DNA of 64,000 nucleotides from NCBI GenBank assembly GCA_038087875.1, contig CM075994.1, forward strand, positions 6,202,001 to 6,266,000, in the 5' to 3' direction. Below are positions 1 through 12,008 of this stretch, piece by piece. Within the stretch, counting starts at the first letter, position 1; each line of letters begins with the position of its first letter. The position numbers were made by a program, and so were the translations under genes. A model generated the notes under the pieces. It was not told the origin of the DNA. It ran no database searches and saw nothing but the letters and a program-made list of their open reading frames with translations. The stretch is from Malacoraja senta. Taxonomy: Eukaryota.

Positions 1-320
1 GGGCCTCTTTACTTTAGTTACTTTAGAGATACAGCGTGGAAACAGGCCCTTCGGCCCACCGAGTCTTCGCCGACCAGCGATCACCCCATACATTAGCTCT
101 ATCCTACACACAGGAAACAATTTACAATTGAAGCCAGAAGCTAATATCCGACAAACCTCTACGTCTATGGAGCATGGGAAGAAACCGGTGAACCTAGAAA
201 AAACCCACGCAATCACAGGGAGAATATGTAAATTTTGTGCAGACTGCACCCATTGTCAGCATCAAACCAGGATCTCTGGCGTTGTAAGGCAACAACTCTA
301 CCGTTTTGCTACCCATGTCA
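1..320 (-). mobile_element. HE1-like V-SINE (tRNA-derived head, V-domain, CR1-like tail)
   Basis: Reverse complement of the recurrent SINE: tail '...gggcctgtttccacgctgtatctctaaa', V-domain and 'ggtagagttg' head remnant. Confidence 0.8.
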
Positions 321-1219
321 CTCTTTTGCTGGCTTTCAACAAAGACTGATCTTGGTCAGGGAACCAGTGCCAACATTATGAAGCGTGGCTTGTGCAATGC
401 ATTGCTTGTAAAAGAAGAAACATAAATAGATAGCATCATCCCACTATGATTTTGAAAAACTGGACAATTGACATAATTGCAACGCAAACCCTTACTGAGA
501 CAGTGATGGTGAACCAGTAAATGCTGGTGAAATTATAGAAACAAATTGAAGTAATCAGCAAGGCAGCTTTAAGTCAATGCCACCATTTCTTTCAGATGTA
601 CGAACAAAACATTGGGGTGGTTTGAACTCAGGAAGGCAACAGTAATCCAATATTAATGCAGCCAATAGAACAATGCAGAGACATCGGGAAGACGTACTTT
701 GTAAAATGTACACATCAGTTCTCAGTGTAAGAAAAGATAAACAACAGAGTTGCCAGCATTGCAATTTAGAATTACACTTCAGTGACGATGCCTGGTACCT
801 TCAACTTTATATACTCAGCTTCAATGTATGGATCCCAAGCTCAGATTACAATTTGACTGCATCTTGGACTTCCCTGTGTTTTCCAAGCATGAATCTACAT
901 GGAACTTGTCAGCACCTTATTTCTACATGCATATTTGTTGCTGTCAGCTGAACCAAGCATCTCTCTGTCCAGTGCCATCTATGGACAGGCAGGACTAGGA
1001 TGGCAGTCAAAGGGGAGTCATCTATAGGCTCCCTCCCAAGACGCACATCATGGTGAACTGGAAACCTGTCCCTCCTCTTCCACCTTTACTGGATCTAAAT
1101 CCTGCACTTACTTCCTCAACAGCACAAAGGGGCCACCTTCCGAAAGATTCTAGCAGTTAAAGGAAGCTCGCCACCAACATCTCAAGAGCACTTGGGGATG
1201 GCCAATAAACACTGGGTGG

Positions 1220-1560
1220 ACAAAGGCTAGAGATGAAAAGGAGACAAAAGGAGAGAAACAAGGATTGGGGGGAAGAAGAGGCCGGATAATGGGAGAAATT
1301 GGTGTGAACTGGGGTGGGAGGAAGAAAGAGAAAGGAGGGGAAACAGGATGTTATTTAAAATTAAGAGATTTCAATGTTCATGCGTTGGGTTGTAAGCTAC
1401 CCAAGTGGAATATGAGGTGCTGTTACTCCAGTTGTTTGGCCTCAATCTGGCAATAGAGGAGGTCCAGGACAGAAAGGTCAGTGTGAGAATGGGTAGGGGA
1501 GTTGAAATGGTTAGCAGCCGGGAGATCTAGCAAGCTTTGTTCGGCGAAGCGGTCTTTGCA
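1220..1560 (-). mobile_element. Penelope-like element remnant (GIY-YIG endonuclease C-terminus and 3' region)
   Basis: ORF 1423-1662 contains DRFAEQ..DLPAANHFNSPTHSHTDLSVL..CQ.EA..LE, matching the PLE endonuclease C-terminal motif also seen at 42470 and 55750. Confidence 0.8.
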
Positions 1561-1769
1561 GCTTGTACCAACCTGGTCCCTGGCCTGGTTTGCTCTCCCG
1601 ATCACAGCATACAGTGGTGGTTCACTTCTCCTTTCAGTGTTAGGAGCTTTAAATAAAAACAATTGCTATTGGAACCATGCTCCTTTTGCTGTTTACTAAA
1701 TATTTTCTCCATACGCTCATTCCCTTGTGCTCATTTCTTCCACCGGGCATGCTTTCTTAGTTCAAAAAG

Positions 1770-2090
1770 GCATAGAGTGGATGCAGAAAGGATGTTTCCA
1801 CTGGTGGGAAAGTCTTGGACCTGAGGTCATATCCTCAGAATTAAAGGAGGTGAGGAGGAACTTCTGTAGTCAAAGGGTGGTTAATCTGTGGAAGTCATTG
1901 CCACAGAGAGCTGTGGAGGCCAAGTCAGTGGATATTTTTAAGGCAGAGATAGATAATCTTTTGATTAGAATGGGTTTCAAGGGTTATGGTGAGAAGGTAG
2001 GAAAATGGGATTAGGAGGCACAGATCAGCCACGATTGAATGGCGGAGTAGTCTCGATGGGCCGAATGGCCTAATTCTACTCCTAGAACTT
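1770..2090 (+). mobile_element. CR1 LINE 3' fragment
   Basis: RRNFCSQRVVNLWKSLPQRAVEA..IFKAEID..GYG..G.W C-terminal CR1 ORF2 motif followed by the typical 3' UTR. Confidence 0.85.
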
Positions 2091-2969
2091 GTTAAAAGTC
2101 TGACTGACGAGACAGCCACAATGGGCATCCCTGCCAAGGTTCACCATATCCTCAGGCAATCATTGCCCCACCCATTGGTATTGTCATCTCGGTCCATCCG
2201 TAGACCACTAGGAGAGAGGTATCCAGTTTCTGTCATTACGATCAAAGTTGCACATTGGATATTGGACAGACAGAGAATCATTTTCTCTCAAGAGTGTTTA
2301 TTTGTCATATGAATCAGAACAACAAAATTCTTAGCTGCAGCTTGACAAACACATTAGATGTAACAACACCACAAATAAATACTGGTATACAAAAAATTAT
2401 TAGTTACTTTAAGTAAACTAGTAAAAGCCTGTCTGAAAAATATGTCTGAAGAAGGGTCTCGACTCAAAAAGTCACCTATTCCTTTTCTCTAAGGTGCTGT
2501 CTGACTGCTGAGTTACTCCAGCTTTTTGCGCCTATCTTTAGTAAAAATCAAAGTATGTAGAGGATCCATAGTAGTGCAAATTCCTGGTGTAGGGTGCTGA
2601 GGTCGGGTCATGCAAGGTGGTTCAAGAACCTGATGGTTGATGAGAAGAAGCTGTCCTTGAAACTGGAGGTAATGGTTCTCAGGACTCTGCACCTCCCATC
2701 CTCAGAAATAAGCTAAGCATGGCGGAGTTCTGTTAGTCAAGGGAAAACAAAAGTGGGATTACTCTCTGCAACAGAGTCATCTCAGGGCAACATGCCAACC
2801 CAATCTAGTGAATTGACATTTACGCCATTTTGTTTGAAACTCCCGAATCTTCGCTCCAAAGGATTTGTTCATCATCCTCAATCGCAAACTAAGCCCTCAG
2901 ATTCCACAGTTCGAAGAAAGCGCGGCTGCTGACGGGTACAAAACTGCCCAAAGTCGGGAATTATCTGTG

Positions 2970-3197
2970 ATAAGGCACAAAATGTTGGAGTAACTCAGCG
3001 GGTCAGGGAGGATCTCCAGTAAGAAGGAATAGGTGACGTTTCAGGTCGAGACCCTTCTTCACTCTGAAGAGGGATCTCGACCCAAAACGTCACCTATCTT
3101 TTCTCCAGAGATGCTGCCTGACCCGCTGAGTTACTCAAGCATTTTGTGTCCATCTCCGTTGTCAACTAGCATCTGCTGTTCCTTCCTACACACCAGT
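2970..3197. mobile_element. Palindromic Penelope-derived short element with hammerhead-like motifs and 12-bp TSD
   Basis: Imperfect inverted repeat centred near 3060, flanked by direct repeat GAATTATCTGTG at 2958-2969 and 3198-3209. Confidence 0.8.
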
Positions 3198-3704
3198 GAA
3201 TTATCTGTGCTAGACGTAGAGGAAGAGTCAAAGCAGCGTTGCAGCAAATCAACTAGATCAAGCGTCATTCCTTTCGGCTTAGACAGCAAGAAAATCAGAG
3301 AGGAAAGCGGATTTGATCAGTTGTAAAAGTTACATTCTGTTAGTGTCAACTATTGCAGAAAGAGCAGGAGAATAAACATGAAAGAGTTACTCTGAAAGTG
3401 GAAAAGAATGGTTTTACAGAATACGCGTTGAGTCTTTATACAATTTCAGCCAAGCTACCGTGAGACAATAGGCAGAAAATGCTGGAGTAACTCAACGGGA
3501 CAGGCAGCATCTCTGGACAAAAGGAACCAGTCTGAAGAAAGATCTCAACCCGAAACATCACCCATTCCTTCTCCAGAGATGCTGCCTGTCCCGCTGAGTT
3601 ACTCAAGCATTTTGTGTCTCTCTTTGGTTTAAAGCAGCAGCTGCAGTTCCTTCCTACACAAGAGAGCATCTCTGGAGAAAAAGGATAGATGACATTTCGA
3701 ACTA

Positions 3705-3740
3705 GGGTCTGAAGAAGGGTCCTGACCCGAAACGTCACCC
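3705..3740 (+). ncRNA. Minimal type I hammerhead ribozyme motif (Penelope pLTR type)
   Basis: GGGU-CUGAAGA-A-GGGU(CCUG)ACCC-GAAA-CGUC-ACCC: conserved CUGANGA and GAAA cores, 4-bp stems I and II, palindromic ACGU stem III, GUC cleavage triplet. Confidence 0.8.
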
Positions 3741-4371
3741 ATCTGTTTTCTCCAGACATGCTGCCTGACCCGCTGAGTTACTCCAGCATTTTGTGTCTAT
3801 CAGCAACAGCTTACCTGGGCTTGCATTGGGTGGTATGTAAAGGAACAATCTTTCTTCATGTCCTATCCAACACGTGGTATGTAGATTTTCCCGCTGAGTT
3901 GCTCCAGCACTTTGTAACTATCTTTAGTATAAACCTGCATCTGCAGTTCCTTTCTACATATTTAGGCTGCTGTTGATATGTGTGGAGCAGGGCATTTGGG
4001 ATCACTCAGTGGGAGAGAGGTTGTTGGGTCGGGAGATCGATGAGTAACTCAAGTAAGGTGGGGGTAGAGAGCTTGTTCAGTGTTCAGGGTTGGCACCTGG
4101 AGAATAAGGGGGGTGAGTTACAAGGTCTGAAGAAGGGGCTGAATATCAGCACCTGACAGGGGCCCCACCTGCATTTGAACCTATACAGGAAGGTATAGTT
4201 GAAGTCAATCAGAAGAAAGACAGACAGGTACTGTGAAAGCCTCTTGAAATGCAGCTGAAGTTTAACTGGTGAAGCTGAATTCTGAAGGAGATCTCAAAGA
4301 TTGCAAACCATTCTAAAGTGAATCAACATGCCAGGAATAGTGTATGTTGGACACCATAGGTATGCACATAC

Positions 4372-4584
4372 CTGGGGTTCTTTGTGCATTACATGGAAGA
4401 TCGCCTAAGGAACTGGAAGAAGCACAAACTTTGCAAAGCACCATTTTGAGGTCACAGATTATCATGAAAAACAGCACACATGATGGAACTTGTAGGCGTC
4501 TCCCTTCAAAGGCTTTCTTTGAAGATTTGTTCTGCACAGAAGGTTGGTTGGTCTCTCCGTTTGTGTTTACCAGCGGACAAGGAG
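4372..4584 (-). CDS. Possible cytoplasmic exon of the SLAM-like gene
   Basis: Acceptor ttttggctttag and donor CAG|gtatgt enclose 213 nt that are open in phase 1-1, but this needs a GC donor on the TM exon. The alternative phase-2 reading ends in ...IFKESL*. Confidence 0.3.
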
Positions 4585-4683
4585 CTAAAGCCAAAATACG
4601 ATGACTAATATGAGCCGCCTTGTTGTGAAGGGGCATTACCTGGGATTAGACTGCATGGTTTAAGAAGAAGAATAGTCGAGTAC

Positions 4684-4804
4684 CTGCCTTCATCGTGCTT
4701 TGGTTCTTTCTTCCAATACATGTAGCCAACGATAGCTACGATGATAGTTCCCACAATTCCCGCAGTAATCAAGCCAATATGGAGTGCTTGCTGTAGCTTG
4801 ACAC
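4684..4804 (-). CDS. CD2/SLAM-family receptor, transmembrane exon
   Basis: Phase-1 acceptor cctttttcag|GT. Encodes GVKLQQALHIGLITAGIVGTIIVAIVGYMYWKKEPKHDEG (hydrophobic helix plus basic stop-transfer). Donor AG|gtactc at 4683. Confidence 0.8.
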
Positions 4805-4906
4805 CTGAAAAAGGATCGACATTCAACTGTGATTCCATCAGTGTGTTAATGCAGAGAAATATAAAATGAACTTTGCTCAAAAATAAGAAATGCAGCTGCA
4901 TGCACT

Positions 4907-5600
4907 GGGGTGGCGCCGTCAGCATTGGCAGCCTCGCCAACGGTCTGTCTGTCTTTTCGTCCATTTTGGTATTTTTAGTATGTTTTAAAAGTTGTGTTAA
5001 TGTTCTCTGGTTTGTTTTATGTGGGGGGTGAGGGAGGGGGTCGGGGGAAACTTTTTTTCAATCTCTTATCTTGCCGGAGATGTGATTTTCTTCCAGATCA
5101 TATCTCTGGTCGCTCTGCGGCCTAACATCATGGAGCTGGCTTTGAGCCCCACCGCGAGGCAATGGACTTACCATCGGAGCCGGCGATCCCTTGAGTGGAG
5201 GAGCATCGAGGAGACTGATGTCGGGAAGCTCCAAATTCACAAGAGGTTCGACCAGCCCCGACCCGGGGTCCGATCGCCCGATGCGGGGGACTGAGATCCC
5301 CTCCGATGTGGGAGCTTGTCACCCCGACGCGGAGTGCCTGACCGCCAGCTACGGGAGCCAAGATCGCCCCGACAACAGAAGGCTCGAGGCCCCTGACCGC
5401 AGGAGAACAAAGGGGAAGAGATTGAACTATTTTTCGCCTTCCATTACAGTGAGGAATGTGGGGGAGTCATAGTGTTGGATGTTTATGTTAAAATGGATTT
5501 TGTGTGTTTTGTTGATTTTTATTTGTATGACTATGGCAAATCAAATTCCTCGTTTGTTGCAAAACATACTTGGCTAATAAAGTATGATTATTATCATGAA
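4907..5600 (+). mobile_element. Non-coding retroelement (conserved 5' head, GC-rich middle, LINE-like 3' end with microsatellite tail)
   Basis: Shares its 5' head and 3' block with 5689-6554 and 32858-33599. Ends in aataaa followed by a (TATGAT)-like tail. Confidence 0.6.
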
Positions 5601-5688
5601 TTTTGACGACGGAAACTGTTCTTAAGGAGATCTGCAAGATTAAGATTGCAGCCTGAAGAAGGGTCCCCAAGCTAAAGGTCACCTCATA

Positions 5689-6554
5689 GGGGGCGCTGTC
5701 CTGTGCACGGCTGCCCAGCCAGCAGCTGTCTGTCTCTTCATCTTTTTATTTTTATTTTAGTTAGTTAAGTGTTTTGTTTGGAGGTCTAGACTTTTATATG
5801 TGGGGGTTGAGGGGGGGGGGAAGGGGGAAACTACCTTTCAGGGTCCCTACCTGGTCGGACAGGCAGCTTTTCTCCGGGCTGCAGCTTCGACCCGTCCTCG
5901 CGGCCTACCAGCGGGCCTGGAGCGGCGTTTCCTGTCAGGGACCGCCCAGAACCTCGGCTTCGGCGGCGGCACAGCGCTGGAGCGCTATCGCGGAACGGGC
6001 GATGCCTTGCCCGGGTCGCCACGCTGGAGCTCCGGTGAGCTGAGGATCGCTGGGGAAAACATCGCGGAGCTGCGGGACTGTGGAGCGACCAGCTGTGGGC
6101 GGTGGTGCTGAACTTTACACCGGGAGCCTGGGATCTCTAGATGAGATCGCCAATTGTGGAGCTCCAACCGGCGCGGCCTTGTTGGCTTCGGAAGCCGCGG
6201 CCCCCAGTGCGGAAGCGGCCGTTCCAGGGTTCCCAGGCAGCTGGGAGGACTCTCCCGACGCCGGAGCAACATCACCCGGCGAGAACGGCCTGGAACATCG
6301 GGCCTCCGTAGAGGCAACTGTGGAGGCCTCAATGGGCCCGACTATGGGTGAACTGGGGTTGGGGACTGGACTTTGTGCCTTCCCTCATGGTGGGAGCCAT
6401 TGTGGGGGGATGTTCTTTGTGTTAAGACTCTTATTGGTGTTATGTCTGTATTCTCTTTTTTTTGTGTGCTGCATAATGGCAAGAAGCATTTCACTTCACT
6501 ACACCTGGGTGTATGTGAATGTGACTAATAAAATACCTTTGACCTTTGACCTTT
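5689..6554 (+). mobile_element. Non-coding retroelement of the same type, inserted in a Penelope-derived repeat
   Basis: Head gggggcgctgtc..., tail aataaa + (CCTTTGA)n. The flanks rejoin into the ctgaagaagggt...gtcacct / ...gggatgctgcctgaccc repeat. Confidence 0.6.
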
Positions 6555-6584
6555 ATGTGTTACAGGGATGCTGCCTGACCCACT

Positions 6585-6900
6585 GGGTTTAGTTTAGTTT
6601 AGAGATACAGCGGGGAAAAAGGCCCTTTGACCCATGGAGTCCGCGCCGACCAGCGATCCCCGCACACTAACGCTATCCCACACACACTCGGGACAATTTA
6701 CAATTATACCAAGCCAATTAACCTACAAATCAATGCGTCTTTGGAATGTAGGAGGAAACCGGAGATCCTGGAGAAAACTCACTCAGGTCACAGGGAGAAC
6801 ATACAAACTCCGAACAGACAAGCACCCGTAGTTAGGATCGAACCTGGGTCTCTGGTGCTGTAAGGCAGCAACTCTGCTGCTACGCCATCGTGCCGCCCAC
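6585..6900 (-). mobile_element. HE1-like V-SINE, near full length
   Basis: A/B-box-like head (ggttcgatcc), V-domain and (TAAAC)n tail. Confidence 0.85.
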
Positions 6901-8790
6901 CGTGTCGTTCCAGCACTTTGTGTCTTTCTTTGTAAACCAGAATATGCAGCCCTTTGCTTCAACATTTCGTCTGTCAGATTATAACTGGTTTAAACAGTGT
7001 AGAGCGTGTTACTGACAGCAGATCGCTCAAGAACTGGGGGTGACACATTTATAATTTGGAGCAAAGGATGAAAGTGTGGAGGGGCATAGATGCAGTATAA
7101 GGAGAATGATTGTGATCTGGAATTCAGTATCTAGGACTGGGAGTATCGGAATCCATTAGAGGTTTCAAGATGGATAGATTGGATGTGGAGAGGATGCTTC
7201 CACAAGTGTGAGAGTCTAGGACCAAAGGACACAGCCTCAGAATAAAAGGACGTACCTTGAGAAAGGAGATGAGGAGGAATTTCTTTACCAGAGGGTGGCG
7301 AATCTGTTGAATTTATTGCCACAGATGGCAGTGGAGGCCGTCATTGGGCATTTTTTAGGCGGAGATTGACAGATTCTTGATTAGTGAGGATGTCAATGGT
7401 TATGGAAAGGAGGCAGGAGAATGGGGTTAACAGGGAAAGATAGATCAGCCATGATTGAATAGCGGATTAGACCCTCTGCGGCACATGGCCTAATTCTGCT
7501 CCTATGGCTCATTAACCTGTGGGATGGAAATTAAAAGGCCTGCATTGGGAAAAAGAAATTACCAATCCCTGGGAAAGAAGTGGGGTGATTTGAACTGCCG
7601 TGATTGTTGAACGAGAATGAGAGATCAAAATGGCCTCCTTCTGTAGAACAAATAGTCTGTCATTGCAGAGAACATGAAAGTACATGAAGTGAAGAACGTG
7701 GGGAATCTGCTGTGGTGGATGTTTATGTTAACTTTTATGTAGTTGTGCATCTTGTTGCTATTTTTTAGTATGGCTGTATGGTAATCTGAATTTCTCTGTA
7801 CCTTCATTGGTATGACCATGAAACCTTGAAATCTTGAAACACCAGGTCTCAGAATATCAAATCCATGCCCTGTTCTTCACAGGAACTTGGAAGCAGGCCC
7901 TTTGGCCCATTGAGTCCATGCCATCCATTGATCGCTTGTATACTGTCCTTTTCTACAGGGATGCTGCCTGAACCGCTGAGTTACTTCAACATTTTTTGTC
8001 TATCACCCATATACTAGTTTGATGTCTTCACACCAGGGGCAATTTACAGAAGCCAATTAACCTGCAAACCTATACATTTTTGGGATACTCTGAAAGAGAA
8101 AAAAATTGCAATAGGACTGGTAACACACAACTTATCCCATATTGAATAATTCCATATCAAGGATTCAGCAAATCCGTCCAATCACTCCTTTTATTTTGAT
8201 TATTTTTACTAATTTACATCTTGCTTACAAAATCCAAAAGTTTTAATTTCATTTAGACTTTACATTAGACTAAACATACAGTGTGGAAACAGGCCCTTCG
8301 GCATGCTAAATCCGCGCCAATCAGCGATCGGCCCATACACTAGCACGATCCTACACACTAGGGGCAATTTGCTTAAGCCATTTAACCTATAAACTTGCAC
8401 ATCTTGGGAGTGTGGGAGGAAACCAGATCACCCAAAGAAAACCCATGTGGTCACAGTGAGAACGTGCAAACTCCATACAGACAGCACCGTAGTCAGGATT
8501 GATTCCGGCTCTCTGGCGCTGTAAGGCAGCAACTCTACCGCTGCGCCACTGCTGCCATCTGTGTCCTCTTAGTTAATTTCTCGTGACTAATTTTGGTCGA
8601 GTTCAAGGCAAGCGGAATTCAAATTCTGCATTTGAAGGTGCACGCATTGGAAAAAGTCAGTCGGCGGATCACAGAGATATTATTTCAACCCCAGCACTGA
8701 ACCCGGGAAATGATAAAGCCATTAATTTGAATGCATAAAGTCAGTAAAAAGCCGTTCTTGATAAGGGAAACTGTCCTGTAAACTAGCGTG

Positions 8791-9021
8791 TTAAAGAAGG
8801 AACTGCAGATGCTGGAAAATCGAAGGTACACAAAAATGCTGGAGAAACTCAGCGGGTGCAGCAGCATCTATGGAGCGAAGGAAATAGGTAACGTTTCGGG
8901 CCGAAACCCTTCTTCAGACACATAAAAAGTCTGAAGAAGGGTTTCGGCCCGAAACGTTACCTATTTCCTTCGCTCCATAGATGCTGCTGCACCCGCTGAG
9001 TTTCTCCAGCATTTTTGTGTA
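8791..9021. mobile_element. Perfect 96-bp palindromic Penelope-derived element carrying hammerheads on both strands, 16-bp TSD
   Basis: Arms 8824-8919 and 8929-9024 are exact reverse complements around a 9-nt loop. Direct repeat CCTGTAAACTAGCGTG at 8775-8790 and 9022-9037. Core is CUGAAGA-A-GGGU(UUCG)GCCC-GAAACGUU. Confidence 0.9.
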
Positions 9022-10073
9022 CCTGTAAACTAGCGTGACAGATTCTCATTACCAGATCTCTGAGTCTGATAGTGATATAGCCAATCCAGTGTCACCAACA
9101 ATTCACCCTTCTCAGAAGCAGGACCAGGTTTCGCTGGTCGGTGTTGAAGGGCCTGTTTCCATGCTGTATCTCTAAACTAAATTAAATTTAAAAGCTATTA
9201 GTTCCAAATGATAATCATTTTGTACAAAAAAATGTTCTCTTTCATCACTTGTGCCTTCTGCCCATTATCTATCCTCTAGCCCTGGAAACCTGCCAATGGA
9301 AAAATCATCTTAAAGGCTGCTGACATTTTGCCCAGTGGCATAAAATATTCAGTGCACTTCCCAACAACCCTTTGAGCTTCATATGCATTAGAGAAATTTA
9401 GTTTAGTTTAGAGATACAGCACGGAAACAAGCCCTTAGGCACACCGAGTCTGTGCCGACCAATGATCTCCGTACACTAGCACGATCCTACACTCCAGGGA
9501 CAATTTACAATTTTTACCGAAGCCAAATTATCATATACGAACAGGCTTTGCTGTGTGGGAGGAAACCAGAGCACCCGGGGAAAACACATACGTCACGGGG
9601 AGAACGTACAAACTCCGTACAGACAGTACCCGTAGTTAGGACTGAACCTGAGTCTCTAGCACTGTTAGGCAACAACTCTTTCGTTGCGCCACCAAAACCA
9701 CCCTGGTTGCACCAGGTTGTGAGAACCAGTTTAGTAAACTATTCATCAATGGTACAATCTAGAGGGAATGGTGGAAAAAAGATTTCCTCAAATATAAATA
9801 GTAATTCCAGAGTGACATCAATGTTGTTGAACTTGAATGATTCCCATCCCTTACAGCCAAGCACTGACTAATCCACAGATAGGACCAGTTGGAATGAAAT
9901 AGCAAAGTAAACATTGTAGGTTTACACTCAAGGCTTCACATTCCTGTAAACCATTGATCCATTTATGACCTGACCCGATCCATCAGAAGGAGTTTGACTT
10001 GGAAAGAAAGGAAATTAAAAGCCTTGACTATTCCTGAATAGTGTGCTTGGAGTGAAAAGATAAAGCCACAAAC

Positions 10074-10364
10074 CTTCATGGGCAGGACAGAGCTCTGTTA
10101 GATCCACGCTCCGCGTCTCCTCACTAACAGGGTTCTCCACGGTGCAGTTGTACACGCTGTTGTTGTTGGGTAGAGCTATGGATAGTGCCAGCCTTCTCCC
10201 TTCGTCAGTCAGTATGTGCGATCCATCTGCCGTGACCTTGCCATCTCCTGACCACCAAGTGTAGACTGGCTCAGTGCCGTGCTCCAATGAACATACCAAG
10301 CTAACGTTACACACCCCGTCAGTGAAGGTTTCACTGACATTTATTACTGGTAATGACACTCGTT
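10074..10364 (-). CDS. CD2/SLAM-family receptor, IgC2 domain exon
   Basis: ERVSLPVI..CNVSLVC..PVYTW..YNCTVENPVS..LCP: four-Cys SLAM-type C2 domain with the NPVS motif. Acceptor aaacag|, donor G|gtttgt, phase 1-1. Confidence 0.92.
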
Positions 10365-10979
10365 CTGTTTCAAAGAAAAGCACAAATACAAGCCATGGAA
10401 TAATAACAACCAGAAGCTGCTAGCCATGAGTTTCCCACAAGAACATTAAGAGTTGAAGACAGTTTAGTTTAGTTTAGAGATACAACGCAGAAAGAAGCCC
10501 TTCGGGCCCACCGAGTCCTCGCCGACCAGCGCACACTAGCCCTATCCTACACACACTACGGACAATTTACAAACTGTGTACAGACAAGCACCTAGTTTTA
10601 GTGCAAAATCCTTCCCGTGAGTTTACAAAAATGAATCGTCCAGGTTACACTTTGCCACCAAAACTAGATCACAAGTAAACTCGTTATTAGCAGAGAAAAA
10701 TTAATGTCTGTGGACCTATCATCTTACAGAAAAGTCAGATGGCTTGGAGACCTCCCTTCAAGAACCCAAATGCACCTCCGTTTGTATTTAAACAGCAACT
10801 ACTGAGGATGGGTTCCTAAATAAGCAAGGACTCCAACCCATGTGATGTTTCAGTATTCACCATGCCCGTATAACCCACAGACATGGGGCTCACATCGTAA
10901 GCATCTCCCCTTACATCTTTAACTTCTTAAAGGTTGTTAGATTGGAAAATGTACCGTTATTTAAATTGAAATAGATTAC

Positions 10980-11309
10980 CATAAATCGTCAGTTCTGTCA
11001 CTTGTTCATGGACAGCCAGAGTCGTCCTTAAGTTCATTTCATATAGACCTTGATCATGTTCTGTTAGGTTCTGTATTTCCAGACTACAGTCCTTCAGGTT
11101 TAACCTGATACGCTGTTTGTTATATTGTATTGGATTGTTTTGACTTTTCACGCATAATTGAACCTTTTCTGTTGTTGGAGAACTTTTGTAATCCCAAGTA
11201 AGGATCAAAATATTTTCTCCTGAGATACATCCTGGTAACGTGACTGACTGTCCCAGTGTCCCTTTCACCAAGCGACGAGTGCCTGGTTTCCCAGCAGTCT
11301 GTCCCAGAC
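10980..11309 (-). CDS. CD2/SLAM-family receptor, IgV domain exon
   Basis: GTLGQSVTL..W..RI..SLEIQNLTEHDQGLYEM..LTIY: V-set domain lacking the F-strand Cys, as in CD2/SLAM N-domains. Acceptor ttctgtttcag|, donor G|gtaatc, phase 1-1. The splice gives the junction IY-ERVS.P. Confidence 0.92.
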
Positions 11310-12008
11310 CTGAAACAGAAGGACAAGATATTAGTGCCATCACCTCTGGGGTGTTATTGTCCATAGTTTCCCAGCACAGCAGTGAATTGTCCCAACCCTA
11401 ATGGACAAGGGCAGCAGGCACATGAGTATTCCACCACCCATACAGGTGAGGCTCTGAATGAATAACAGAAACATAAAAAGTAGGTACAGGAGGAGGCCAT
11501 TCGGCCCTTCGAGCCATTCAATATGATTATGACTGATCATCCACAATCAGAACCCTGTTCTGGCTTTTTCTCCATATCCCTTTTTTCCCTTAGCCCTAAG
11601 AGCTGCATCTAACTCTCTCTTGAACACATCCATTGAATTGGACTCCACTGCCTCTGTGGCATAGAATTTCACAGATTCACAACTCTCTGGGTGAAAAGGT
11701 TTTTCCTCATCTCAGTCCTAAATGGCCTACCCCTTATTCTTAAACTGTGGCCCCTGGTTCTGGACTCCCCCAACATCAGGAACATTTTTCCTGCATCTAG
11801 CCTGTCAAATCATTTAAGAAATTTATATGTATCTTGCATTTATCTTGCATGGGTGAAAGCAGGCTGTCAATTCATGCACATTGTCGCTGAAGGGTCCGTT
11901 CCTGTTCTGCACACTTCCATGTGGAATGATGGCGCCTCTCGCATATTTACTACCCTCTGTAGCCTTTGTAACAAAACACTGCTTTATCCAGATCAGAGGC
12001 AATGAAGG

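Noticed and set aside
4907..4950. HDV-like ribozyme at the 5' head of the non-coding retroelements
   Set aside because: The nested double pseudoknot (P1/P1.1/P2/P3) could not be built by eye.
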